A stretch of DNA of 32,032 nt, taken from assembly GCF_001194135.2 (NCBI RefSeq), contig NC_068991.1:17654532-17686563 (forward strand), in the 5' to 3' direction. Numbering within the stretch: position 1 is the first letter of the stretch; each line of letters opens with the position of its first letter. Under the pieces are notes generated by a model, which was not told the origin of the DNA, did no database searches, and saw only the letters and a program-made list of their open reading frames with translations. Both the position numbers and the translations under genes were made by a program. Positions 22,096-32,032 of the stretch are shown here, piece after piece. Source of the DNA: Octopus bimaculoides. Its lineage: Eukaryota.

Positions 22096-22300
22096 GGTTC
22101 ATTGACTTGCTAGAAATAGCAGCTAAATATCTTTCAAATTACATTTTTTATACTTCTTTGATGTTTTTTTTTTAAGACATTCAATAATGTATTCCTAGAT
22201 AACCGTATGTCTAAAAACAAAAAAGATCAAATGACCACAGCTGAACACATTTGATCAAAGGTCTACTCAATCAGACATAGTAGAGTTGCTGGATTCAAAC
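22096..22300 (+). mobile_element. Family C repeat
   Basis: TTGACTTGCTAGAAATAGCAGCTAAAT...ATAATGTATTCCTAGATA...TTTGATCAAAGGTCTACTCAATCAG. Confidence 0.65.
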
Positions 22301-22589
22301 ACAAGTGCATCATACACACACACACACACACAGAGTCATTAAAACATATTTAGCAACGCATTTTCTCTTTAGATTGTATTTTAATGAGTATGTTTGTTTG
22401 CTTTCCATATTATTATTATTATTGCCCCTAAACTGTCACTATTCAGTTATGTCAACATATCAATAGATGGGTTTTTGGGCTGTTTGAAGAACCAAAACAA
22501 TAGTTCTTTGTGTTGCACAGTAACTGGTTTGGCCTAAACTTAAACAACATTCTTGTTACACATATAGCACATACATACACATATCCACA

Positions 22590-22621
22590 GACCCTCTCAC
22601 ACACTCTCTCTCTCTCACACA

Positions 22622-22659
<38 letters not shown>

Positions 22660-22860
22660 TTCTCTCTCTCTCACACACACATACAACTGCCAATATTTCA
22701 CATACCTCTTTGCCATTCTCTTGTGATTCTAGTGCTAAACACACACACACACACTCTTATACACATACACACAAATACATACACATATGCACATGCATAC
22801 ACAAACTTATACACCACTCACACATACATGTATCCATACATGCACACACACACACACCAC
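22590..22860. repeat. Compound (CT)n/(CA)n low-complexity tract
   Basis: Direct reading. Confidence 0.92.
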
Positions 22861-23382
22861 TGACCGCACAAGTCCAATATTTCTCACTGTTCAGGTTGTA
22901 TTTAAATGAAAGTCTTTCTGATTTCCTTCTGCACAAGCATCCTTTCTTGTTTGTCACAAGCCAAAAGAAACCTTCTTTGTGAATGTTCTGTTGTTTCTTT
23001 GTTTATGTTTCTCATACCAGTTATGTGTCTCTGTCCTGGGTGTTTTCAGCCATAAGATTTGACATTCTTTTCTTTTGTTATTACCCTGGCACTTCCAGAC
23101 GAGTGATACAAAGTTTTTACAAGTACCAAAATCAAATAGAAGCAATGGGTCTTTAAAGATTGCCTTTATCTGCAGCTAATCTTTGCCACTGCCAACAATG
23201 TGGTTGTACAATTTGTAAGGAAACAGCATCCTATCATTGGATAATGTAAGTTTTTGATACTATGGTTGAATAAAAGATGAGCTGGTCATGGCTGGAGCCA
23301 CTTTGATCTTGGGTCTATTGAACCCACAAACAATCCTAACCATAATCTCCATCTTGGCAAGACTTATGTCGCCTAAGAAAAA

Positions 23383-23641
23383 CATGTGTTAGTTACCTCC
23401 CTGCAAGTAATCTAGTCCAAGCAGTTTATAGCTTTCAAAATTAAGACTGCTGAAGTCACTTAGGTAGAAAGACACGTGTTACTTAGTTACTTCCCTGAAA
23501 ATCATCTGGTCCAAGCAGTTTATATCCTTCAAAATTAAGACTGCTAAAGTTTTAGATAGAAGGGCATGTGTTACTTAGTTATTTCCCTGCAAGCCATCCA
23601 GTACAAGCAATTAATAGCCTTCAAAATTAAGACGGCTGAAG
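23383..23641. repeat. ~92-bp tandem repeat, 3 diverged units
   Basis: CA(T/C)GTGTT at 23383, 23473, 23565; TCAAAATTAAGAC at 23435, 23529, 23621; shared TAGTTA.TTCCCTG and CCAAGCAGTTTATA. Confidence 0.9.
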
Positions 23642-23741
23642 CATGTTAGCTATCTCAGCAAATCTGGAAATTGAAAGATTTCATAATTATATTTTCTGGT
23701 CAGGAAACTGGTTTCTACTTCAACACCATCATTCCATCCTG

Positions 23742-23905
23742 TGTGCAGGCATGGCTGTATACTTACAAAGTTTGTTTTGCAATCGCATAGGATCCAGGTC
23801 CAGTTGCACTGTGTGGCTAATTGGGCAAGGTCCTCTACTACAGCACTAGAACAGCTAATGCCATGTGAGTGAAATTGGTAGAAAGAAACTGAGAAGCATG
23901 GGAGA
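23742..23905 (+). mobile_element. Degraded CORE-type SINE (family A head)
   Basis: GCAGGCATGGCTGT...TTGGGCAAG.TCCTCTACTA...TGTGAGTGAAATTGGTAGAAAGAAACTGA, followed by (GA)n(TG)n. Confidence 0.65.
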
Positions 23906-23910
23906 GAGAG

Positions 23911-23947
<37 letters not shown>

Positions 23948-24446
23948 GCGTGTGCGTGTGTGTGCGCGCGCGCGCATGCACACATGTGAATGGTGTTCCA
24001 TCTGTCCTGATTAATGCTGTTGGAACAAAAAACCAGTGTCTTAGCTAAAATTCTTTGGTCAGAGACAGGCCCATAATTTCGGCTTTGAAAATGTGAAAAC
24101 CAGTGGATCATTTCTGCTCTCCTAGATGGGTTAGGCAAATCACATCTCACTAATAAGTTTTGTTTTGGGCTTGGTTTCTATATCTGGATACCTTTCCTAA
24201 TGCCAACCAGTTTACAGAACGTACTGGGTGCATTTTCTCATAGCACCAGAACTAAAGAGATTGTCATGTCATTGACGAGACAACGCGGGTCATCAGAACC
24301 CTATACTTTCTTGAATGAAATGGATACATTTATTGCGGTAGCAGTACAAGGGAAGATAGTGGGAGAGATAGTAAAAGATAGGAAATATTGGATAAATAGT
24401 GAAAGTAAATGACAGATGTCAATACCAAATGACCAATGACGAATAT

Positions 24447-24655
24447 TCTCTTTTACTTGTTTCAGTCATTTGACTGCGGCCATGCTGGAGCACCGCCTTT
24501 AGTCGAGTAAATCGATCCCGGGACTTATTCTTTGTAAGCCTAGTATTTATTCTATCAGTCTCTTTTTGCCAAACCACTAAGTTACTGGGACATAAACACA
24601 CCAGCATCGGTTGTCAAGCAATGCTAGGGAGACAAACACAGACACACAAACACAC

Positions 24656-24688
<33 letters not shown>

Positions 24689-24838
24689 CATATATACGAC
24701 AGGCTTCTTTCTGTTTCCGTCTACCAAATCGACTCACAAGGCTTTGGTCGGCCCAAGGCTATAGTAGAAGACACTTGCCCAAGGTGCCACACAGTGGGAC
24801 TGAACCCAGAACCATGTGGTTGGTACACACAGCCACTG
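24447..24838 (-). mobile_element. CORE-type tRNA SINE family A, near full length
   Basis: Reverse complement of 29857-30258 along its length, including the internal (TA)n/(CA)n tract; short deletion in the head. Confidence 0.93.
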
Positions 24839-24857
24839 CAAGTCTCTTGAAGTCCTT

Positions 24858-24950
24858 TACTTGGAGAAGAGGTAAGAGTTGGCAACAGGAAGAGTACCTG
24901 GCCGTAGAAAATATTCAACAAATTTTGTTTAATCCATATAAGCACAAAAA
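24858..24950 (+). mobile_element. RTE-like SINE tail fragment
   Basis: GTTGGCAACAGGAAGAGTACCTGGCCGTAGAAAAT resembles 4270-4300 and 1122-1160. Confidence 0.5.
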
Positions 24951-25614
24951 AAAAACTGACATAAGATTAAATGAATGAACAGATGAACAAACCACATGCC
25001 CATGAATATTAGGGAAAGAGAGAAGAGTGGAATGCATACAGCCATAGTTAGTGTATATAAAAGAAAAGTTAGAAAGACCAAGAACTGAGAACCAAACAAC
25101 AATTATATCTTAAGTAATCTTCAATCAGATGTTTTTTTTTTTAATTAGTACACACCAAACAATAAGTCATCATCATTATCACCAAATTGCCAACAGCAAC
25201 AGTAATTAGGCTTTCAATGTGGTCTTTTAATATAAAAGACTACCCAACAACAATGATGATGACATCAACAAGGACAACAAATAGCTACAACAACAATATC
25301 TACAACATGAACAAGATTAAAACCATGCCTGCAACTATCTACATTGTCCATTTTGTAAAAAGATTTGAATAAACTGATCTAACTGGTGTTATTTCCCTTG
25401 CTTTTTCCATTTTTTTTTTAAACACCACTAAAGGGCGTATTTGTTTATTAAAGGTATGGGTAGTTACAGTTAATCAAAACTTATTTTTAAGTCATTACAT
25501 TACATATGTGAGATACTGCAACAATTGAACCGCTTGCTACTAAATATGACAAAGTCACATGGGTTTTCATGTGACAGAGACACTTTCAAAACTAGGGTGT
25601 CTTTAATTACCAAC

Positions 25615-25850
25615 AACTAACCATCCACAACAACAGCTGTAATATCAGCAACTACAACAATAAGAATACAAACAACAAAACCATATCTACAATAAAATCA
25701 GCCACCACAACAACAACAACAACACTCCTACAACAATAACAAGCATAACAGCAAACAACAAAAGAGCAGCTACAAGATCAGCTATTACAGCAATAATAAC
25801 AAAAGAGGAGCTACAACAACAGTAGCAAAAACAACAATGATTAGTTGTTT
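25615..25850. repeat. Degenerate (CAA)n low-complexity region
   Basis: Direct reading. Confidence 0.85.
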
Positions 25851-26039
25851 TGATAAGATTAACAAGGAAGACAGGGTTGAAAGTGCAAAAACGTGGTCTN
25901 NNNNNNNNNCCCCCCCCGATGCTGGTTGACATGACAACAGTTTTTTCTGTCACTGATAACATTTAATTAGCCAGGTATACTATAAACCCCCCACAACACC
26001 ACCACAATCTTTGCCAACAAAACAATAACAGAAACCCCT

Positions 26040-26412
26040 GTGTGGTCAGTCAACATGTAGATATAGCATACAAATCATCCTCAAATCACACCCCACCATC
26101 CTAGAAACACTGTATCTGAATAAAAGAAAGGTCAAGGCTCAAATGCCTAAGACTATATGTCTGAAAGCTTGATCAAGATTGACCTGGGGCTAAACAACGA
26201 CCATCAAAGAGAGCTTTAATGTGGTTACTTGATCTGCAAGAAATAATAGCCAAATCTCATTCAAATGAAACCTTACTATTTTACAAAAGGACAGAAGGCA
26301 TTAGATAACGTAGCCCTACGAACATGTTTTTCAAAAAGTAAAACAGTCATAGTGGGGATGTCTAATTATAGGTCAAATCAAACAGGGTTAACCTGAGCCT
26401 AAACAACAACCA
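26040..26412 (+). mobile_element. Two tandem family C copies (~26040-26200, ~26218-26412)
   Basis: Each runs from GTGGT..(C/T)TTGA…CAAATC…TCAAAT to GACCTG.G.CTAAACAAC(AAC). Confidence 0.7.
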
Positions 26413-27053
26413 CAAAACGCTATGACCAATACTACCACGACTGCTACTACTATTACTGATATTACCCATCATACCATGTTACACCGAGGGTTATGTGTCT
26501 TTAAGCCAATAGGTTTCCACCTTTTAATGTCCAGGCCAGATCTCCAAAATACAAGTCAATTAAAGAACAATCTATTATATTTATAGAGGGAGGGCCATTG
26601 AGAGCCATTGGAAGGATGCTTGAGAGCTACATGCATTCTTGGGATGCTGTGGTTGAGAACTGCTACTTTAAGCAATGACTCAACATGTTGTACACAGCAG
26701 CCTTTGGCTCCAACAAATCATGACATTGTATTAAAGAAGGACATATTAGTCAATATAAGTTCTGACTCTGTGTGTGTGTGTGGGGGGGGGGTNNNNNNNN
26801 NNTGAGAAAGACAAAGGTGTGTGTGCGTGTGTGTGAACGCACAAACATGTAATTGACATACAAACATGTCAAATTTACTTATTTCTCCATCAATTGAAAA
26901 AATTATGAACAGCTTTTAATTGATTTATTGACCCTTATTGGAGTCTCATCTGATGTCAACATCACTTAACTGAACCCAGAGAAACAAATACCCAATCCAT
27001 TCATATACATACGTTAACACACACACACACACGTGTGTGTGTGTGTGTGTGTG

Positions 27054-28351
27054 CAGGGTGTGACGGGTAAATTGTTACCATTTCATATTCTTAATTTTAT
27101 GCATGTGCATTGTTTATTTTTTACTTTGTCGACTACACAGTGTAGCAGGGTCAGTTGGGCACCATCTGTGAGAAAAACAGCACCATGATGCAATTTACTC
27201 TGCCAGAAATTTGGGAACAACATGCTCTACTGCTTGGCATTCATGCCGGAAGCTCCAATATGAACATTTCAGTGCGTTTGGGTGTCAATCTGAGGAAAGT
27301 GCAGAGGATTCAGAAAGAGTTGGATGAGTTTAATAGTGATTACAAAGGTACAGCAGCTTGGAAAGCTCACTCTGATTGTTCTGATAAGAAAAGAACTCCT
27401 GAATTTATTGGTGAGATCCAGGCCATGATTGACAACGATCCCATCAAGCCAATCAGATCCATCACCTGGGACATGAGAGTGTGACTTTCTTATCAGGCAG
27501 GTAGTGCATGAAGACATTCGATATTCCTCAAGCAAGGTGAGAAAGGGCCAATTTTTGTCCCAAGCCATCAAGGACAAGAAAAGAGACCATGCTACAAAGT
27601 TTTTGAGTAAACCCAAGCATCTCCTCCAACTGAACATGCTTTGGTTTTTCTCAGATGAGAAAAATTTCTACCAGGATCAGATGGTGAACACACAGAACAA
27701 CTGTTGGCATGCTATGTCCCCAAAACATGTACTGAGAGTGATGAAAATCAAACATCCAGTCAACATCATGGTGTTTGGAGTGATCACTAGTGATGGTGAC
27801 GTTATGCCCCCATTCATCTTCCCACACGACCTCAAAATCAACATGGAGGCCTACATCAAATGCCTGGATGAGGTAGTGCAGCCCGGGATCAAGAGGGTGG
27901 CTGCTGGAAGACCCTATTTCTGGTAAAGGACTTTGCACCATGCCATGCAAGCAGGAGAACCCAGTCATGGCTGTCAGACAATTTCTGCAGCCACATTACC
28001 CCTAACATCTGGCCACCTAACTCATCAAACTGCAGCCCCCTTGATTATTATGTGTGGGGTGCAGTTGAGCAAGAGACGAACAAAACTCCTTGTAACACCA
28101 AAGATGAACTGAAGGCAAGGATTATGGATACACCAACTTAAACAAGGAGACCGTCCAGAAGAGCTGCAAGAGGTTTCTAAAGTTATCTGGAGGCCATGGT
28201 TGAAGCCAATGGCAATTTTATTGAATAAATTTACTCTTTAGTATTTCAAGATATTTTTACGCAATTTTGGTAAATATATCTGTTAAAGTGAGATATCAGA
28301 GTTATTTTCAATTTTGCATAATTTAGACAACAGTTTATTTACTGCAGCATA
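27054..28351 (+). mobile_element. Full-length decayed Tc1/mariner element, DD37D (maT) family
   Basis: ~1.3 kb. Left end CAGGGTGTGACGGGTAAATTGTTACC; right end 28326-28351 is a degenerate inverted match (13/26, mismatches mostly transitions) followed by (TA)n. Internal transposase remnants. Confidence 0.88.
27185..28228 (+). pseudogene. Frameshifted DD37D transposase
   Basis: N-terminal segment 27185-27484; WFFSDEKNF (D at 27654); second D at 27929 (DFAPCHAS) after a frameshift; WPPNSSNCSPLDYYVWGAV (D at 28043), 37 residues between the last two Asp; ends VEANGNFIE* (28226-28228); several frameshifts. Confidence 0.92.
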
Positions 28352-28574
28352 TATATATATATATATATAAATCAGGAATGCCTTTGAGCACAGATCTGTC
28401 AAATCAGGGTTGACTTGAGGTTATACAAATACATCACATCTGCCACCATCACCACCACCACCACCACCACCACTATTTAGACCTCCCATCACCAATACAG
28501 AAGAAAATAGTCCCTACACCACCTATCCTCTCCACCATCACCGCCAACAATGAGACAATAAGGGAAGCTTTATG

Positions 28575-28757
28575 CAGTCCCTCAGCCGGCTAGAAATAGC
28601 AGCTGAAACTCTCAAATCATACTCAACTCTTGGGAAACAAAAGGGCACACTGGATAACACAATCCTGCATATCCTTAAAAAGGCAGGATGGTCATAGATG
28701 GAATGGCTTTGAACTCCTGTCTATTCAATCATAGTTAGCAAGGGACGAAACAACAGC
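28575..28757 (+). mobile_element. Family C repeat
   Basis: GGCTAGAAATAGCAGCTGAAACTCTCAAATCA...CACACTGGATAA...GGATGGTCATAGATGGAATGGCTTTGA...AAACAACAGC. Confidence 0.7.
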
Positions 28758-29029
28758 AAGGAGAGTGCTCCACCACCTCCGCTATAAAACAATCACAACA
28801 CCACTAAAACCGTCACCACCACCACAGGGACAAGACCATTGCCATGACCACCTCTTCCCACAACAGCTTGCCACCACAACAACAACAAGTACATTACAGC
28901 TGTTTGATACAGAAAGAAAACCTATACATAGATACTTGCCCAGCTAGGAATAACAATTAAATTTCCCTTAAATCACACTCTACAGACTTAAAAAGAAATG
29001 TTGCTTCATGTGTTCCCAAGTTCCTGCAC

Positions 29030-29335
29030 ATAAAAATAAGGTGGATTGGTCACGGCTGGAACGCCTATGATCATAGATCAGGTCAATTGAAGCTGACCTG
29101 GGGTTAAGCAAAAACAACAACGCTGCCACTTGAGCCAACAAGAGAGCCGCTGTGTGCTCGGTCGACCAGCTATAAGTAGCAGCCAAATCTTCCTTCAAAT
29201 CACCCTCCATTTCTGCCCAAATAAAGATATATTGACCAATGTAGTCAACAAAGACTGTATAGTCATGGCTGAAATGCCTTTGAAGACAGGTGTGATGGAT
29301 AACCTGATAACCTAGGGCTCAACCACTACAACCAT
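29030..29335 (+). mobile_element. Two family C copies (~29030-29122, ~29150-29335)
   Basis: GGTCACGGCTGGAACGCCTATGATCATAG...GCTGACCTGGGGTTAAGC..AACAACAAC, then AGTAGCAGCCAAATCTTCCTTCAAATCAC...GTCATGGCTGAAATGCCTTTGA. Confidence 0.7.
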
Positions 29336-29856
29336 TAACAATGCAAAACCACAACGAACAACAGATCAGAGCAACTACCAACACCATTGCTACTATCAAC
29401 AACACTTTTATCATCTCTTCATAAATTTATCAATTTCTTTCAATCTACCACCATTCACTCTCTCCCTATCCTCCACACATACACATGCACCTGGCTACAT
29501 ACCCTTACTCGCTACCCTGGTAGAGAGCCCATCTCACTCACTTTTCTCTTCCTTCAATGTTGCTTCACTAACCTGCTCCACTTGTCAGCTACTGTCCTAA
29601 CAGAAGTCACAACTTGTACTGACCCCAGCCAGAAGACCCCTTCCCACCCATATGCAGTGGTGGTTTTGAGGTTGGCTCCTAGAGATGGGATAAAAGGGAT
29701 AACTAGAGAAACAGGTCTTTCCTAGGAGGTTATGTTGTGTTGGTACACACACGCACACACACACACACATGCATATCTTCACTGTACACACACACATACA
29801 TATCTTGTAGGTATGTAATATACACATACATGCATATGTAGATAAATATGTACATA

Positions 29857-30258
29857 GGCGCAGGAGTGGCTGTGTGGTAAGTAGATTGCTTACCAACCAC
29901 ATGGTACCGGGATCAGTCTCGCTGCGTGTCACCTTGGGCAAGTGTCTTCTACTATAGCCTTGGGCCGGCCCAAACCTTGTGAGTGGATTTGGTAGACGGA
30001 AACTGGAAGAAGCCCGTCGTATATATATATATATATATGTGTGTGTGTGCATATATGTTTGTTTGTCTCCCCCCCCCCCAGCATCGTTTGACAACCGATG
30101 CTGGTGTGTTTACGTCCCCGTAACTTAGCGGTTCAGCATAAGAGACTGATAGAATAAGTACTAGGCTTACAAAGAATAAGTCCTGGGGTCGATTTGCTCG
30201 ACTAAAGGTGGTGCTCCAGCATGGCCACAGTCAAATGACTGAAACAAGTAAATGAGTA
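29857..30258 (+). mobile_element. CORE-type tRNA SINE family A, full length
   Basis: A-box TGGCTGTGTGG (29867-29877), B-box-like GGGATCAGTCTC (29909-29920), CORE-like ACCTTGGGCAAGTG (29931-29944), internal (TA)n(TG)n, tail GAAACAAGTAAATGAGTAA. Two inverted homologues in the window. Confidence 0.93.
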
Positions 30259-30353
30259 ATATAAAAGAAAGCAGTCAGAATTTGGATAAATATTATTTAT
30301 TGAGTCCTTTCATTCCTTTTTTTGGGGAGTCAAATCCTGACTACCTTCTTTTA

Positions 30354-30429
30354 GGTGCAAGTGTAGCTCTGTGGAAGACGGTTGCTTCCCAACCATATGG
30401 TTTGGGGTTCGGTCCCACTGTGTTGCCTT
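30354..30429 (+). mobile_element. Family A SINE head fragment
   Basis: TTGCTTCCCAACCATATGGTTTGGGGTTCGGTCCCACTG; cut off where a family B copy begins. Confidence 0.7.
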
Positions 30430-30653
30430 ATAATAATGGTTTCAAATTTTGGCACAAGGCTAGTAATTTTAGGAGGAGGGGTTAGTCAATTGCATAGACC
30501 CCAGTACTAAACTGGTATTTATTTTATCAACCCCAAAAGGATGAAAGGCAAAGTCAACTTCAATGGAATTCGAACTTAGAATGCAAAGAGCCAGAAGAAA
30601 TGCCACTAAGCATTTTGTCCAACATGCTAATGATTCTACCTCCATGTTGCCTT
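30430..30653 (-). mobile_element. SINE family B copy
   Basis: TTTTATCAACCCCAAAAGGATGAAAGGCAAAGTCAAC...GAATTCGAACTTAGAATG...CATGCTAATGATTCT...GCCTT; (AAT)n at 30430 and 30663-30686. Confidence 0.88.
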
Positions 30654-31316
30654 TAGTCAACTAATAATAATAATAATAATAATAATGAAGAAGTGACATA
30701 GAAACCAAAGCATGTGTTTCATATTGACAACATAACCTTCCCAACATACAAAAATATCTGTTTGAACACACTACTTCTCTCTTTCACACGCCCACACTAC
30801 TATACACACACACATACACACACACACATATATATATATATATATTATATATATATATATANNNNNNNNNNATATATATATATATATATATGGCTCAAGT
30901 GAGGACAACGTAAATAAAGTTGGTTAAAAATAACATCCTCAAGGACCAAGTCTTCCCAAGTTCCACCCATCCCATCACTACCGAAATAAAAATGAGAGAA
31001 AGAAAGAAGAAATGTCACATCTGAAGTGACATGGCACCAGTAGTTTATTTCTGACATTTTATTGAACACAGAAGTCAACACACTTTCTCCTCTCTTTAGG
31101 GTGGAGCTCTTGTTTGACATCACAGAGAGGTGGGCGAAACTATTAATCCCTACACAAAAATACTTTGACCTTGTGCTCCCAAGCAAAACACATTAATCTA
31201 AATGAGATGTGAAACTGTCAAATCGAGATACAACTCAAAAGGCCTCTAGTTCAAATCCACTTCAGAAAGAATCTTACTATATTTCAATAATGTACATTGT
31301 CTTAAATGCTAGAGTT

Positions 31317-31400
31317 ATTGTTGTTGTAATTGTTGTTTAACACCAGGAAGGCCTGTGATCAAAAGCATTTCAGCTGTTACCATTTTGTCTTTTTCCTACA
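31317..31400 (-). mobile_element. Family C 3' fragment
   Basis: GTTGTTTAACACCAGG...TGATCAAAAGCATTTCAGCTG.TACCAT is the reverse of the family C tail. Confidence 0.55.
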
Positions 31401-31489
31401 TACAGGGACCCCACGACCAGAATATCCAACATGATCTTTTCTAAGATGATAGTGTATTACAGTTCTATATTTAAGAGATGAGAATTATG

Positions 31490-31885
31490 TACATTATTTA
31501 CATTATTTACAATTGACGAATATTTGTCCTCATCTTGTTTGTCGTTAACACAATGTTTCGGCTGATATACCCTCCAGTCTTCATCCTTTCAAATCTGGGT
31601 TCTCATTCTTAAGGTATTTTTCAATATTATTATTATTATTATTTTATGTTTGACTTTTGCTTTACATTTGTACAAGTTGGATCCAAGTCTCACCCAGAGA
31701 CCTCAAGAGACAACAGGTTAGAAGTTCATGTAGGTGTTATGCCTAGGGTACCATATATTTGGATTTGTAAATAGTGTTGTTCGAGAGAATGTTTAAGAAA
31801 CCATAAGAAAATTATGTGTTTGTTTTAAAATTTGAGATCACATAGACAGTATTTTACGTAGGATATGGGCAGTTCCCATGAGCAC

Positions 31886-31923
<38 letters not shown>

Positions 31924-31994
31924 CCACTGCCTGGAATTGAACTCAGAATCTTGGGATTAGTAGCCCGCGCTCTTAACCACTACGCCATATGTTC
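31490..31994 (-). mobile_element. tRNA-headed SINE-like element split at its internal (AAT)n by a Dong-like insertion
   Basis: Head 31994-31920 with A-box TGGCGTAGTGG (31987-31977) and B-box GAGTTCAATTCC (31944-31933), then (AAT)n; body 31625-31490 ending in (TAAATAATG)2. Linking head to body relies on my recall of the family consensus. Confidence 0.65.
31644..31886 (-). mobile_element. Second R4/Dong-clade 3' terminal fragment
   Basis: Minus strand 31885-31838 reads VLMGTAHILRKILSM* (the GTAHILRK.L C-terminal motif), then a 3' UTR ending in (AAT)6 at 31643-31626; the 5' junction abuts (AAT)n at 31887-31919. Confidence 0.8.
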
Positions 31995-32032
31995 AGTGCC
32001 TAAAACATCGAGCAATGAATATAAGTAGTGAT

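Noticed and set aside
26508-26664. Possible second hAT-like MITE ending GGTTGAGAACTGCT
   Set aside because: Only the right end resembles a TIR; the left end and TSD are not convincing.
31920-31994. Genuine tRNA gene on the minus strand
   Set aside because: A and B boxes are present, but the acceptor and anticodon stems pair poorly, the apparent ACT anticodon is atypical, and it runs into (AAT)n; better explained as a SINE head.

Overview
AT-rich, repeat-dense eukaryotic non-coding DNA with six assembly gaps (N at 1204-1481, 19058-19926, 20374-20870, 25900-25909, 26793-26802, 30862-30871). I find no supportable host protein-coding exon; most ORF-track entries are microsatellite, gap or chance frames. 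The repeat complement resembles what I recall from octopus/cephalopod genomes (inference, not verified). It includes two RTE-clade LINE fragments (one stop-free to the window edge, one with a PHD-like finger inside the RT), a decayed ~1.3 kb DD37D (maT) Tc1/mariner element, a mariner 3' remnant, two R4/Dong-like 3' fragments in (AAT)n tracts, several tRNA-derived SINE families, piggyBac- and hAT-like MITEs, minisatellites and many microsatellites. The most notable observations are an (AAT)n retroposon pile-up, a fold-back inverted duplication running into a gap, a SINE with a hammerhead-like remnant, the PHD-in-RT insertion, and a triple CCAAT minisatellite in a possible promoter. I cannot show a new biological system; these are leads. 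Coordinates and alignments were done by eye, so degenerate boundaries are approximate.
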